From Eledone cirrhosa (lineage: Eukaryota), in assembly GCA_964016885.1 (NCBI GenBank), contig OZ024741.1:82274001-82338000 (forward strand): 64,000 nucleotides of DNA, written 5' to 3'. Below, one piece after another: positions 1 through 14,484 of the stretch (within the stretch, counting starts at the first letter, position 1; the number at the start of each line of letters is the position of its first letter). A program made the translations under genes and the position numbers. The notes under the pieces were generated by a model. It saw only the letters and a program-made list of their open reading frames with translations. It was not told the DNA's origin and ran no database searches.

Positions 1-311
1 CCCTTTTTTCCCACTACTAGCTGAATATTACATAAAAGAGGGACATCCCTCTAACTATATAAACCTCAATCTAGTTAGAAAAATATAAAAACAATCTCTT
101 CTCAACATATATATGTATATTAATAACCTTAAATTACCACACTAATAATGGAAAGATATGCTGATGTGAATAGGTGCAAATATGCGATAATGAATGTGTC
201 TAAAAGCGACCATAAGTATGTGTATATATGTGAAAATGTATATAAATAAGTAAATATATATATATGTTTGATGTGTATAGTTAGATGTAAGTGTACTCAT
301 GTGTTAAAATG

Positions 312-312
<1 letters not shown>

Positions 313-398
<86 letters not shown>
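313..398. repeat. (TA)n microsatellite (representative; many more across the window)
   Basis: Pure TA dinucleotide run; explains the YIYIYI ORFs. Confidence 0.98.
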
Positions 399-405
<7 letters not shown>

Positions 406-649
406 GACTTGAGTATGTATGTATATATGTGTGTGTCTATACGTGTGTATATAAAGATAAGTTGAGTATGAAAATGTATACACATGAACGCGTATATATG
501 TACATGTATATATGTGTGTATATATATATGTATGCATGTGTATATGTATCTAAGTATGAGCATGTAAGTATGTGAATGTGAGTATATATATTTTGTAGAG
601 GTGTGCATATATGTTTGTGTGTGAATGCGTGGGCGAAAGGATACGTACA

Positions 650-1188
650 CTTGAAAGAAAAATTTAAGTCTGAATGTTAATTAAGTGCAAACATAAAACC
701 AACCACGCATATCTATACTATCTCTAATCCTTCTATAGATTTAGAAAAATAACCAATAATATATTCTATAAAAATGTCAAAACAACAGATGGGAATCTAA
801 TTACTCACTGCCACCAACAATTCTCACTGCTAGCAAAAAACCACTCCCTCAACTATTCTTCTAACAACTTCACCCCTCCCTCCTAATATTCTCTATAAAA
901 ACCAAACAGGTCCTCAGTAAAATTATTCCGATGAAATGACAGTTGATAATAACATTGAAATATTGAATGTCTGCATAACTAATAATTTGTAGATAGCAGC
1001 TATTTTCAGGTTATGTAACTGTTATAGAAACACGTGTCAATAAATTCCTTTCAACTAAACTGTATCCATTCAAATCTTTCTATTTTTCTCCGGATTACTT
1101 TTGGAACTACAACTGGAACCGTCGAGCAAACTCTACGTGAGCTGTCCATCTACTGTGTGTAATATTTATATTACAACACTACGGAAAA

Positions 1189-1192
<4 letters not shown>
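650..1192 (+). mobile_element. Penelope-like element 3' remnant / pseudo-LTR
   Basis: Short KCKHK-like peptide near 685-700 resembles the C-terminal C-x-H-K motif of the other PLE ORFs here. It is followed by a C/A-rich UTR and an HHR motif, and ends at (TA)n. Confidence 0.5.
923..1043 (+). ncRNA. Type I hammerhead ribozyme, long stem II, U4C core variant
   Basis: ttatt-CCGATGA-a-atgacagtt...aactgttat-a-GAAAC-ACGT-GTC-aataa; stem I ttatt/aataa; palindromic stem III ACACGTGT. Confidence 0.6.
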
Positions 1193-1232
<40 letters not shown>

Positions 1233-1504
1233 ATATGCGCTATCGTTTTTAAAGTAGTGACCTATGTTACTTAATTCTTTATATATGTGAGTGACTGTGT
1301 GTGTGTATGTATATATATATATATATATATATATACATACACACACAGACACACACATATATATATATATAAAGAAGTAAGTGATATAGTCACTACTTTA
1401 AAAACGTTAGCGCGATGTCTTCAAAATGGTTTTACTTAAACATACGGTATATTACCGAATATACTATACATACATTCATATATACATATATATATATATA
1501 GATG

Positions 1505-1636
1505 TTTATTAAAATAACAGATTAAAGTTTAAGCAAAGAATCGCCGCTTTCACCCTTTCTACGGTTCTTATATATTTGATATATACTTATCCTTATCGAG
1601 CCCTCTTTGGATTTTAGTCTTCAAATTCATTATTAT

Positions 1637-1640
<4 letters not shown>
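1505..1640. mobile_element. Fragment of the PLE 3' terminus seen at 45921-46050, with its 5' half inverted
   Basis: 1505-1555 is the reverse complement of agggtgaaagc...ttttaataaa (45922-45973); 1558-1623 matches tctacggttcttata...ttttagtcttca directly. Confidence 0.7.
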
Positions 1641-1691
<51 letters not shown>

Positions 1692-1696
1692 CAACA

Positions 1697-2580
1697 TTAA
1701 ATTAAGGGTGTCATGTCCGAGACATACGCCATATGCTCAAAGATTCCAATGAATAGATCCGAGCATTTTATATCAACTAGAAATTGATTGACATATATAT
1801 ATATAAAAAAAAACACATGAAACTATCACAGAGGATAATTTGTAAAGTGTGTAAGAACACAGAGGTAGGTAGGTAACTAATTAATGTTTAACTAAAACTT
1901 CAAATATAGATACTTTCAAAAATGATTAATCTTCCTTATATATATTTCATTAAAGAAATATATTTCACTATTAATCCGTAAATCACAGTAGTTAAACCGA
2001 ATTTTCAACAAGGGAGAAGATTTAGCTATCTATGTTTACACAGCAAATGAAAATATGCGAATGACTCGTCGCACGTGTTGTATTTTTCTTTAAATACACA
2101 TATGTCTCGGACATGCCACCCTTAATTTAATTATGATATATATACGACCCCTTAATTGTAGAGCTAACTCAGTTGAAAGGACTCAGCTGCCGATTCTAGC
2201 TGTCGATAATCCTATTCACGCCACTGGCATGACGCTGGTACGATGTGTGTATTTTTAAACAAAGGCAACACGTGCGAGGGGTCATTTGCAGATTTGCATT
2301 TGCTGTGTAAACACAGATAGTTAAATCTTCTCCCTTGTTGAAAATCCTGAATTTGACTACTGTGATTTACGGATTAATGGTGAAATATATTTCTTTAATG
2401 AAATATATACAAGTAAGATTAATCATTTAAAAAGTTATCTATATTTGAAGTTCTAGTTAAACTTTAATTAGTTACCTACCTAGCTGTGTGTGCTTACACA
2501 CTTTACAAATTATCCCCTGTGATTGTTTCATGTGTTTATTTTAGATATATATATGTCAATCGATTTCTAGTTGATATATA
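1697..2580. repeat. Nested inverted repeats: ~310-bp arms (1770-2085 vs 2265-2578) plus 30-bp arms (1697-1728 vs 2101-2130)
   Basis: Reverse-complement matches read directly, e.g. tatatcaactagaaattgattgacat / atgtcaatcgatttctagttgatata; flanked by (TA)n. Confidence 0.85.
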
Positions 2581-5500
2581 TATATATTATTGTGTGTGTA
2601 TGTGTGTGTGTGTGTGTGTATTAGGCCCCTAGTTTGGTGGTATTTTCGTGCCAGATAATGGGTGGCTCGCGGCTTAGTTTATATAGACGGTAGCAATTTA
2701 TTCCTCCTGTATTCAATATTCAATGGCCGTTGGCTTTCTTCTTGTGGCAATCTCCAAAATTCAACGATACAAGTATTTTGTTTATGAATGTTTGTGTTTG
2801 TGTGTGTAGCAATTCTTTTGTTTCAAAGTTATTTCAGAGCACTTCAGAGCTATTTCAGATCTATTTCAGAGCACCAATCCTAATTTATATATATATATAT
2901 ATGTATATATATTATATGAATAAGATCTCAATATAAATGCGTGCTACGTAAGATTTCAGACTTCAACCACCATCGAACATAAACATTCTATGTCTAGTTA
3001 TACCAGGACGGCTGAACGTTATTTCATATATGCGATCAAGTTAGATATAAGGAAGGTAATAATTTGATAATACATTTGGTATTCAAATACTGGAGTATTT
3101 TGCGGGCCTCATGTATTATGTCGTTGAGAATGACATTTGTAATCCTAACCACATAATTGAGGATTGTGATCACGTGATACAGTATGAGACATAGCTGAAT
3201 GATTGATACAGTTCATGCAACATACATGCAACGTACATCCAAATAGAATATGTCTAAACAATTTCACTTATAAGGCTTAGACCAACCCGCTGTCACAGTA
3301 AATAGACCCATTCCAAAGTGCCTACTAGTGGAATTAAACCCTGGAAATATAATTGGAAAGCAAACTTATTTGTCAATCAGTAATGCTGTGTACATAACAT
3401 AATTTCACAGCATCCATAAGTCTTATATAATTAGAGATATTTTATTTCGTCTTATATATTTAATATTTTGCATTTTCTTTCGTATTTTATTAAATATTAC
3501 TTCGGGCATATTACAGAATATGCGTGTATTGCCTACACCTACGTTGTTTCCTTTCGTACACTTAAAATACACGACCAACGTTTCAGACTAAGAGACAATA
3601 CATTGTCACACATACAGTTGTCCTCTTTCGCTTTTTTTTTTTTTTTTGTTTAAAGTTAGATTTCGTGCCCCGAGAAGAAATAATATCTGCTGTAAAGAAA
3701 AATAGAACTATTCAAAATTTAATTAAATTTCATTAATAATAATGTTTCATATAGTAGCTAACATCTCTTATATCGTTCGCGTTCTCTGTGGGTCTATTAG
3801 TGCCGTTGTGTCGAATACGGCATATCGGTTTATCACATAGCAATATTGTTGTTTCTGCATATTTGTACAGCTGCAATTGCAACACATTTTAATAGGAGGG
3901 GCCGCAGTATTACTACCATCCTAAATCAAATAGAGCAGCTGCAGCAGAAATTACCAGAGGTTAGTACTTATTATTATGCTGACCTTTTTGAATATAATCA
4001 TTATAGCTAACATTTCTACATGGTGCATCTCTCGATAAAAGCAATATCCTGTATACTGTACACGATATAAATTGTTCATTGTCATCTAGCTATTGTCAGA
4101 TAAAATGTCTTTGACATTTGACCAGCTACAACAGCTCTGAACTTTCGCTGTATTGAGTAACACAAATTTCTCCAGGTCGTTCTTACGACACGTGATGTTG
4201 TTATGTAGCTCGCGGTAACATTAAATGCACACAAATATGCAGAGAAAAAATAGCCGTGGAAATCAAGTCATAGTGTATCTAGGAGGAATGACTACTACTT
4301 TGTCGTCTATTTCATTGGTAGTAAGATATGATTTAATGGTGGGTTGTTATATATTGCTACTATATTTATTAAACTACATAGAAATTTCTTCATTGTTTCA
4401 TTCCTCAGACTTGTATAGTCGGTAATTTTATGTTACTATTGAAACTTCAGGCTCCTCAGTATGCAACAGACTAATAATGCACTGGGTAATTGATTGCAAA
4501 TGGGGTCAATATTTGTTCATGTTCTATACTGAAAATTTATCAAAACTTCAGTTTAGAATTGCCGGAGCTTCGGATCTCATTTTAGATATTGTATACGGGT
4601 CTCCAGTCTCTGGATTCCAATTCCCAGATGGTTACTTTTGACTTTCATATATTTAGGGGTTGAAATATATAGCAGCAGACCAGGGTTGGTGAATTGGCAG
4701 AATTGATGAAGTGTCGAACGGGATTCTTTGCGGTAACCCATCTGATTCTGTCTTCCTGAGTTTATATAAGTTTATTTTCTACCTGAGGTTACAATCAGCA
4801 GCTTTTATCAGCAACAGAAAAACCAATGTAAGCACTATTTCTTTGGTCTGATCAGAAGGTATTTGGATAATATAGTAATGGATGCGGAAACATATGGGAC
4901 ACACGGCAATACAGTTGTTCATCATGGATTTGTTAAATCAATGCTGATTAAGTCTAAACAACAGTTGGAATTACAACACTCTCCTCTCATAAAAAAACCC
5001 AAACCTGTCCAGCTGAATGCAAATATTCACTTAACAACACATTGACAAATTTCAAACATGCGTTTCTTTTTATTATGCTCTGCCTTCACTGACACAACAT
5101 TGACCTTCTCTGCTATATACCTATTTAGAATTGGACAAAGCGATGTTTATGTAGCCTTAGCTCATAGCTTTCTTTGTTAACCTGGTAATAGCTTCCTTTG
5201 TTAACAAACGACGTAATATTAATTACGCTAACTCCAGAGGAAACACAGTTTTCATTGAAAGACATTTAAAACTAATATAGATACAAATCTGAAGATATCG
5301 ATTTCAATTCGTTACGGATTGTAGATAAAAGTATCAACAATTCATCTCGCTGTTAAAATAAACGTATTTACAGACAATTAACCTCAGGAGAATTTAATAT
5401 ATGCATAGCCAAGTGGTTAGGACGTTCGCTACGTGCTATCCTGAAATATTGACCATTTTCCGTGTTGGTGTAGACCAGTTGTTTGTAAATAATATTTCTA

Positions 5501-5837
5501 AAGCAGAATATATACCGAAGGTTATCAGACGGACTAGTCTTACTTTACATCAGCAGTGTATTTTATGGTAAATAATGTTATGGAAATTGGTAAAGAATAT
5601 CGACAGTATGATAATGGAATGGACGACAAAGTAACTTTCGTAGACACACCATGGCTGGATTTTCACGGTTAGAGGAGGAGATAATTTATAGCGATAGCAG
5701 AAGGTAATATAACTTCACTGAATTCATTTCCGACACACACAAATAAAGAAGCAAACAAATATACAATGATATACTAAATCACGCATATATATATATATAT
5801 ATATACATCTCGGGAATTTTACTCGCACTATATATAT

Positions 5838-5960
5838 AGTAATAATAATAAATGTGAAGTCTAAAATTCAAAAAGGGCTCGATAAGGATAAATATATATC
5901 AAATATATGAGAACACTAGAGCAAATATTTATTAAAATAACAGATTAAAGTTTAAGCAAT
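5838..5960 (-). mobile_element. Third copy of the PLE 3' terminus of 45940-46050
   Basis: Reverse complement matches gcttaaactttaatctg...gagccc...ttttag. Confidence 0.7.
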
Positions 5961-5964
5961 GGAC

Positions 5965-6362
5965 ATCCTACAAGAGGAAAACCGAAGGCCGTCAAGGGGC
6001 GGAGGAAATCCTGAGAGCCAAATGTAATCCAATAAAGTTTTTTTTTTTTTGTGGAGCAAGATATCTCACCAGGAGTTCACTTTGATATAAAATCTGCGAC
6101 TTCGTTTGCATCCAATGATGTAGACCAGGTCTTTCGGGGCAAATACATTCGATGTTCAAAGAGTGGGATTGGCCCCGCTCAAAGCCTTTTCCCACTTAAA
6201 AAAGCTTCAAGCACAGGCATCGCTTGATATATTTTCCTATGCATGTTATTGCTGGCCATAGGCAAGTCCCTAGCAGGACTAAAACGCCACCTTTCATGAT
6301 GCTCATGATTAAGTATTAAGCGATGGCATTACTCGAAATCGAGTTGAAGCGAACATCATCAT

Positions 6363-6368
<6 letters not shown>
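5965..6368 (+). mobile_element. Degenerate RTE-like LINE 3' fragment with (CAT)n tail
   Basis: Residual LAGLKRHL zinc-finger-like peptide near 6270-6292, followed by a (CAT)n tail. Confidence 0.4.
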
Positions 6369-6413
<45 letters not shown>

Positions 6414-6625
6414 TGTATGTGTGTGTGTTTGTGCATGTATGTGCGTATATATATTTATGTACATATATAAATTTAGTATAGGTGCTCCATCATTGCATTA
6501 TACACATATGTACGTGTTCTATACAGGATGTTTATGAAAAAAAGTTGACAGCCTTCCGCTATGAATTCTTTTAAGGCTGTGACCGCCTTAGAAAAACCAA
6601 TCTGTTAATGTTTGTGATAAATATG

Positions 6626-6860
<235 letters not shown>

Positions 6861-7225
6861 TTGTGTTGGTAATGTAGATACACGCATATGAAAGTAGTCA
6901 ATGTAATCTTAGATCATACACATACAAATACATGCAAACATAATGTATATATGCATTTTTATAAACGTAAACAGTAACCAGAAAAAAACAACAACAGCAA
7001 TCACAACAACAAAAAGACACATCCGTTAATGACCTGATTCTCATGTGCCAACAGAACGGAAGAAGAAGATAGATTGACTCTAGGGTAACAAAAAACAATA
7101 TTGATTGCGAATGATTTTTAAAGCAAATAATCACGGAAGTGTTTTTGAAATATTGATTTTGGCTCCACTTTTATTTGGTTTTTGTCTCTGTCTCTGCATC
7201 TACCTCTGTCTCTACATCCCTCACT

Positions 7226-7268
<43 letters not shown>

Positions 7269-8081
7269 TCTGAATCATTATCTCTCTGTGTCTTTATGTA
7301 CGTCTCTATATGTCTGCCTGCTCATTCAGTCTCTCCCTTCAACTCTTTCTCTCTCCCTGCTTGTCTAAGTCTTTATGATTTTGTATCTTTGCCTCTCTGC
7401 CTTTCTATGTATATCTACCTTTCATTTTCTCTGAACCTCTCTCTGTTTCTCTTCCCCACTCTCTCTCCCTCCCCCCCCCCATCACTCCATCTCTTTCTTT
7501 TTTTTTCTATCTCCTAACTCTCTTTATTCATATATTTTCTTTTAGTCTCCAACACAACAAAAGCAATGTTACACAAATCAAGTTCATAAATATAACAACC
7601 TAAAAACAACCTAAAAGCAACAAAAAGAAAACTTTACTCTGCTATACCAAATTACGTATGAAACAAAATAAAAAAATCAACAGATACATACATGGCCGTG
7701 TTTACAATACAGACGCATCGCTTTTATGTAATCATGTATACATTTATGTGTTCATACATTTACATTTTTTGGCATGACTGTTCGTGATAGGTGTGCTTAT
7801 ATGTGCAACCCATATATTGATGGCTGCATATACATTTGTATATATATATATATATACAGAGAGAGAGAGAGAGATGTGTGTGTGTGTGTATGTGTGTGTG
7901 TGTGTGTGTGTCTGCGTGTGCGTGCGTGTGTGTCGACAAGTTGTACGTATATGGATACTAGTCAAGAGAATAGTTAAATCTTTATTGAACTACGTATTCG
8001 ACACTTTAACGATATTCAATAGAGATATAATTCGTTACATGTAATGTTTATATATTTACACATCTATATATGTACTGTGTC

Positions 8082-8163
<82 letters not shown>

Positions 8164-8454
8164 GTAGTAATAAATACAGTAATCGTGTGTCTAATATTAC
8201 TGCATATATTATTATTATAATACTCAGTATTTATAATTTGAGCTTGTTAATTACAGGGTTTCAGTATGAGTTATTAACTCTACATTTCGTTTATATTTCC
8301 GGCTCCCTTCTTAGGTGAGCTTATAAGTTGTGTGTATTGGGCTGTTATTTCAGGCCAATCCACTCACACCACTTTTGACTTACGGCGCACGAGGTGAAGT
8401 ATTCACTTTTTTGTGCGACTATTAGCATTGGGTGGATGTCGCATTTAATCAGAT

Positions 8455-8536
8455 TCTCTCGCTGATGATGCCCGTGGATTATCTGTTACAAACACACTCA
8501 GGGCGAAACAGATTAACCCATAATCTGTCCGGGAGA
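8455..8536 (+). ncRNA. Type I hammerhead ribozyme (intact core)
   Basis: Stem I tctctcg/cgggaga; CTGATGA; t; stem II gccc/gggc; GAAA; stem III cagatta/taatctg; GTC triplet (cut after 8529). Confidence 0.88.
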
Positions 8537-8677
8537 TGTAATGGTTATTGATGCGGTCTGTATAAATATGTTATCATTCTATCTGTTTCATGGTTACATA
8601 TTTCAAACAAATATGGTTCTTCAACCCTCGTAATATTAGACACGATTTACTGTTTATTACTGCATATCATTATTATT

Positions 8678-8858
8678 GGGTTGGCAGTATCGGTCGAGGG
8701 TCGGATGCCATGCTTTGACGCAATGAGTTACGTCCCTTTACGATCTGAGTTCAAATCCCGCCGAGGTTAACTTTGCCTTTCATCCTTACGGGGTCGATAA
8801 AATAAAGTAACAGTAATGTACTGGATAATTGCTATCCTTTTGCCAAAAGTAGAAACAA
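8678..8858 (+). mobile_element. tRNA-derived SINE
   Basis: A-box-like tggcagtatcgg; B-box gagttcaaatccc; central gcctttcatccttacggggtcgataaaataaagta (resembles the Meta domain); tail gtagaaacaattatt. Several copies in the window. Confidence 0.85.
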
Positions 8859-8906
8859 TTATTATTATAATGCTCAGTATTTATATTTTGAGCTTGTTAA
8901 TTACAG

Positions 8907-9222
8907 TCATTTGCATATTCACACATAAGTTTGAATAATCCCTAATATATTTCCACTATCCAATGAATTTCCAACCAATAAGGTATGATTTTCATGGATA
9001 TGTCTCTATGTATAAAACAAACTTTGTATTTTATCTGATGAAAGCGTACCAATGTTGTCTTGGTTACCCTTGAAATATATATAATAAAATAAATATGGTT
9101 TTATAAATATAGTTTCCATTTATTTAATATCATTGAATATTTACTCCAGTAAACTGTGCTCTAAACCAGTTATAAACATTTATGTTTGTCGGACTTCCAA
9201 CAAATTAAATACCACTTCTACT
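8907..9222 (+). mobile_element. Short HHR-bearing repeat, second copy at 57160-57478
   Basis: tcatttgcatattcacacataa...aaattaaatac is shared in direct orientation with 57160-57478. Confidence 0.8.
9027..9091 (+). ncRNA. Minimal type I hammerhead ribozyme
   Basis: tattttat-CTGATGA-aag...ctt-GAAA-TATATA-TA-ataaaata; 8-bp stem I; palindromic stem III. Confidence 0.75.
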
Positions 9223-11196
9223 TGAAATTACACTGCAAGCATATTTTTTTATAATAATTTACATATAATATTCTGATAGTTTGACAGAATTGGTAACGCG
9301 TCGGATCAAACAATTATTGCGGTATTTGAGGTAGCTCTTTACATTTTTGTTTTAATTCCGACTTTCATCCTTCCAGTCGAGTATTGGATTTGATTTAATC
9401 AACTTTGGTCTTCTTCTAAATTATCTAGCTTTCTACTTAACTTAGAAATCTATATTCTTCTTATATATGTCATTTCTGTGGCTATGGAACCGCCACGTTT
9501 CTAGTGTTACTATTTTACAACGTTATGTACTTTGACCATTTCATAAACTATTGACCAATTTGGCTGCAACCATCACTTAAATCAAGATTAGATGCAGTGA
9601 ACCTCTCAGATGGTTTATCACTAAGCTCATAATCTTTTAGCTTTTAAAACTACTAAATAACTAAAAATATCCCATCCGAGTTTGAACCAGCTTGGCATTT
9701 ACATAAATAATTTCTGTATAGGTTGGAAAGTAGTAACAGTATTATTGTGGAGGATTTTCGGCTTTTAAAACAAATATATATTGTTTGTTTTCTTGAAAGT
9801 TTTGCAGAATATACTTGACAGCTGGCGTTTCCAATTCATGATACGGCACACTATATTTATGAGCGTATCCAATATATATATATATATATATTATGTAATA
9901 GATATATGTGTATTATATAACTCGCTTACAATTGGGTAATAGATTCACGTGGATACAGCAGAATAGATTCATGAGATTCTCCCCATGGACAACTGATATA
10001 GGAGCGTTCTTCATGTGAGGAGTAGTGTATATTTATGTAGTTTGGCAATTGAAAACATTGAAATAGACACTTATATGATATAATCGCATCACAAAGCACA
10101 TCAGTTTTAGGAGATTTTTGCTGTGATATGGTGCAGTTGATTTACGCCTTTGTCCATGGAAATTTTCCAACAAATCTTATTGTTATAATTTAGCTTGAAG
10201 TCAACCTTGACTAAAAGCGTTTCACTTGCATTTTATTTAATTTTTCGTAAACATATATCTGGAGGCAGGACTGGCTGAATAGTTAAGATATTTGCTTCGT
10301 AACCGTGTGTTTCGGATTTCGATCACACTGTTTTTATCATAGCTTCATGACTGAAATTAAGGTGAAGCAAACTGTGTGGAAACCAAATTGATGGATTATA
10401 TTTCTAATTCAAAGGTGTTATCGTGTTGTTACACGTGTACATTAACAGGTTGGTTTCTCATTTAATCAAATAACTGAATATTCACCGTCGAAACCGTTGG
10501 AAGACCCATCATTGAAAATGAATGTAATCAATTACATCACAATGCTTTAAACCCATAGTGAGCGGTTTGAGGTAATAAACATACCAACAACCCACTGAAG
10601 TAAAGACTGCCTCGTTAACTTTCTGTGGCAGATATTTCGTAAAACTGTGTTTGATTCAATACTTTGCTCTTTCACCTTGGATGAAGAATGCAAGTAATCC
10701 GTATTAAGAGTGATTATAAAAGTTCACTCATAAGTGTCTGGATTCTGTTATGTGGTTGTAAATACTTTGTGGTAGAATGTCTTAAATGTTGTTGTCGTTT
10801 AGCTCTGACGTCATCTGCTCTTATCAAGAAAATTGCTTATAATAATCCATAGTCAACAATAAAGATAAAAGTCAGACAGACTCTAACAATGAAGTGTTAG
10901 AGATAATTACGAGCTATTGTTGCTGTTTAGCTCCAGCTCTGCCCTCTACAAGCCGACTAAGACTAAATTCTTTCCAGTATTGTTTTTTTCTGTTTCCGAA
11001 TAGCTTATTTCACTTAAGGAAATAAATATTATGTTATTTATGGTCGTTATAGTTTCTGTTTAACCCATCTCAAACGTGACTGAGCAGACATATGATCAAA
11101 GGTGTTTTAGCTGTGACGATCTGGTTTTTCAGAGCTAACTAGAATTGCATTGCATATGTTCTACACGTCTGTATGTATATGTATGTACCATTATAT

Positions 11197-11385
11197 GCGG
11201 TGGATTGGCAGTATCGGTAGAGGGTCGGACGCCATGCTTTGAAGCATAGAGTTACCTCCCTGTATGATCTGAGTTCAAATCCCGCCGAGGTTAACTTTGC
11301 CTTTCATCCTTACGAGGTCGATAAAATAAAGTACCAGTAATGCACTAGGTATTTGCTGGCCTTATGCCAAAAGTAGAAACAATTA
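11197..11385 (+). mobile_element. tRNA-derived SINE, same family as 8678
   Basis: Same A/B boxes, central domain and tail; possible target duplication attatatg on both sides. Confidence 0.85.
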
Positions 11386-13038
11386 TATGTGTTTGTGTTT
11401 ATCTACATAAGTCCATTAGTTGAAACCTCAGTATCTCATCAAATACACGAGGGAATCGCTGCGAGGTTAAGGAAGCTACTATAAATATTTGTAAGATTCC
11501 ACCTCAAATCATACGTCAGATTTAAAAAAGAAAAGTCACTTTGGATAACGTCGTTTTGCATATGGAACTTAATGTAAGATGACACAGTGTGATTTGCTAC
11601 TTACTGCTATTTCTAGCTGGTTAAGTAGTGACCACATAGAGTCCCTTTCGTTGGCTAATGCCAAACCTATGCCATTGGTGCAGTATTGTGAATTTATTGT
11701 CACACAATACATTTAAGACGAGTCCATTCTTCTCCAAGCAATACCTACGCAAACGTATTATGTTTTTCACAACACGCTGATAACAATATCCTTAATTATA
11801 TATGACAACTGTTATCTATAGCTGTCAACTGAAAACAGCAATGACATCAATACATATATCTGGATAAACTGCCCTTGGGGAAGTAAATGGCTTCCTCTGG
11901 AAAACAAAACGACTGAAGAGACGTTATAAAGTCTATTGAAATCTTTGGTGAACATGGTAAGAGTCCATCATTAACCCATCGTGTAAACTAGGTAACCGCC
12001 AGGTAATTCCAGAACCTACTAAGAATTGAAGTAAAATCTCACCTCATATCATATTTCTACTATCTTTCACACGAAACTCCCGAGGGAGTTTTATTCACCA
12101 ATGGAGTTTCAAGAGCAGTTCAAAACCTGACGGAGACAATCTCATCTCCAGGTTTGAATATAGCAGATTTCATCCAGAAATTGAAGAGAGAAAGTGACAC
12201 TTAGGAAGTATCGATCCCAGAACTTGACTGATACTGCCACTTCGTCGCCTTACCCCATATCATACTTAAAATAGCAAAAAAATGCCACATTTTGTAGCGT
12301 AGTTTTGTATACATAATATATGAAACAAACGGTTGGATGGTCATGAAAAGAATCCGGCATTCCATAGGACTTGGAGTAATGAGGGAGGAAATGGTGAACA
12401 ATACAAATTAGTAATTGCCAGTAAATCTGTCACATTTCGTTATTCAAAGTGCTGAAATAAAATTTAAAAACGAAATTAAATTACATTTTTAATTGATAAT
12501 TTATTATGAAATTTAAAGGGAGAAGGCGCTGATAAAACATATTATCTAAAATGGTGGGTTAGACCAAAAAGGTTTGGAGAACTCTGTTATAGATGAAAAT
12601 ATGTTGGTTATATGTAAATGTTAATCCGATAACAGTTATGTACCGAGGTTAATGCTAGATCAGTTAATTACCCAGACACCTATACGAGATAGGAATTGAG
12701 CAAGAAGAATTATGTATGGAAGTTTGTAGCCAGTTTGAATAATTGTATTGGTTGAATTGGAGGCGCATTTATATTCAATATCATCGTACAAAATTTCACG
12801 TAGTAACAGAGACACGAACATTGATGTACACGCACATTTACATACATAAATACCAACATTTATACATACACAAACATACATACATAAATACATGCGGAGA
12901 CACATATGTACATATATACATACTTGCATACAATTGTATATGTGTGTATGAGTGGGTGTACGTATATACATACATGCGTGCGACGTGGATTTATAAAATA
13001 AATTCGTACACACAAATATCCATACAGACGTGTGTACG

Positions 13039-13077
<39 letters not shown>

Positions 13078-13079
13078 AA

Positions 13080-13169
<90 letters not shown>

Positions 13170-13174
13170 AAATA

Positions 13175-13257
<83 letters not shown>

Positions 13258-13718
13258 AAATATATATATATAATACATACGTAAACACAGGCATATGTGA
13301 CTATGTAAAAATATTAATTCCAGTAATGAGGAAGAAATGTGCACTGTTAATTTTGAAATGCTTCCCCGCAACAAGACGTGGGTGATAAAGCGGTATTATG
13401 TTGAATAGCCGAAATAACACTTACGTGATGTGAATTAGGTTTCTTTGTATGCATGTTGCACCAAAACTTTGAGATATGATGAAAACAAAAGTGGAAGTAA
13501 TGTAGAAAATCATACTAAGAATAGGTGCAATGTGGAGGTTGGAGACGAAAGAGACAAAAGTAAGAGTGCGAGGGAAGGAAGTTAGAAACTCAAGATATGT
13601 CATGAAGTAAAAAAAAAAAAAAAAAGGTTAAAATGAGAAGGATATTTACAGTTTGGATTTAGAAAGATGATGGTGATAATGATGAGGATGAAAATGAGGA
13701 GGAGGCGGATGGTAATAT

Positions 13719-13780
<62 letters not shown>

Positions 13781-13812
13781 ATACTAATAATAATAATAAT
13801 AATAATAATAAT
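13719..13812. repeat. (TAC)n(TAA)n compound microsatellite
   Basis: Direct reading. Confidence 0.95.
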
Positions 13813-14087
13813 ATATCAATTTAAATGAAGAGTGTAAGGCACAGTAGTATAACAGAAGATAGGGAGATATTGATAAAGAGATAGAGAGGTAGGTAGTGAT
13901 AGAGTATGAAATCATTGTTTCTACTTTTTGGCACAAGGCCAGCAATTATTTCAGTGCATTACTGTTACTTTGAAGGGAAATTAAATAAAAGAGTATGGAT
14001 ATATTATAGAGGGAAAGGAATTCCCTCTCATTTTCTCTATAAATATATATATGTGTGTATATATATATATATGTGTGTATATATATA

Positions 14088-14484
<397 letters not shown>

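Larger units (their letters stand above)
8167..8907 (+). mobile_element. ORF-less HHR element: 460-bp unit, ~1.1 tandem copies plus short 5' inverted piece
   Basis: tgcatat..attatt at 8201 recurs at 8661 and resumes after the SINE at 8860-8907; 8167-8200 is the reverse complement of 8630-8660; preceded by (TA)n. Confidence 0.75.

Noticed and set aside
8678-8765. tRNA gene
   Set aside because: A/B boxes are present but there is no cloverleaf; it is a multi-copy SINE head.
12430-12590. hAT-like terminal sequence (also 22893 and 59760)
   Set aside because: No partner TIR, TSD or transposase was found, so it was not called.
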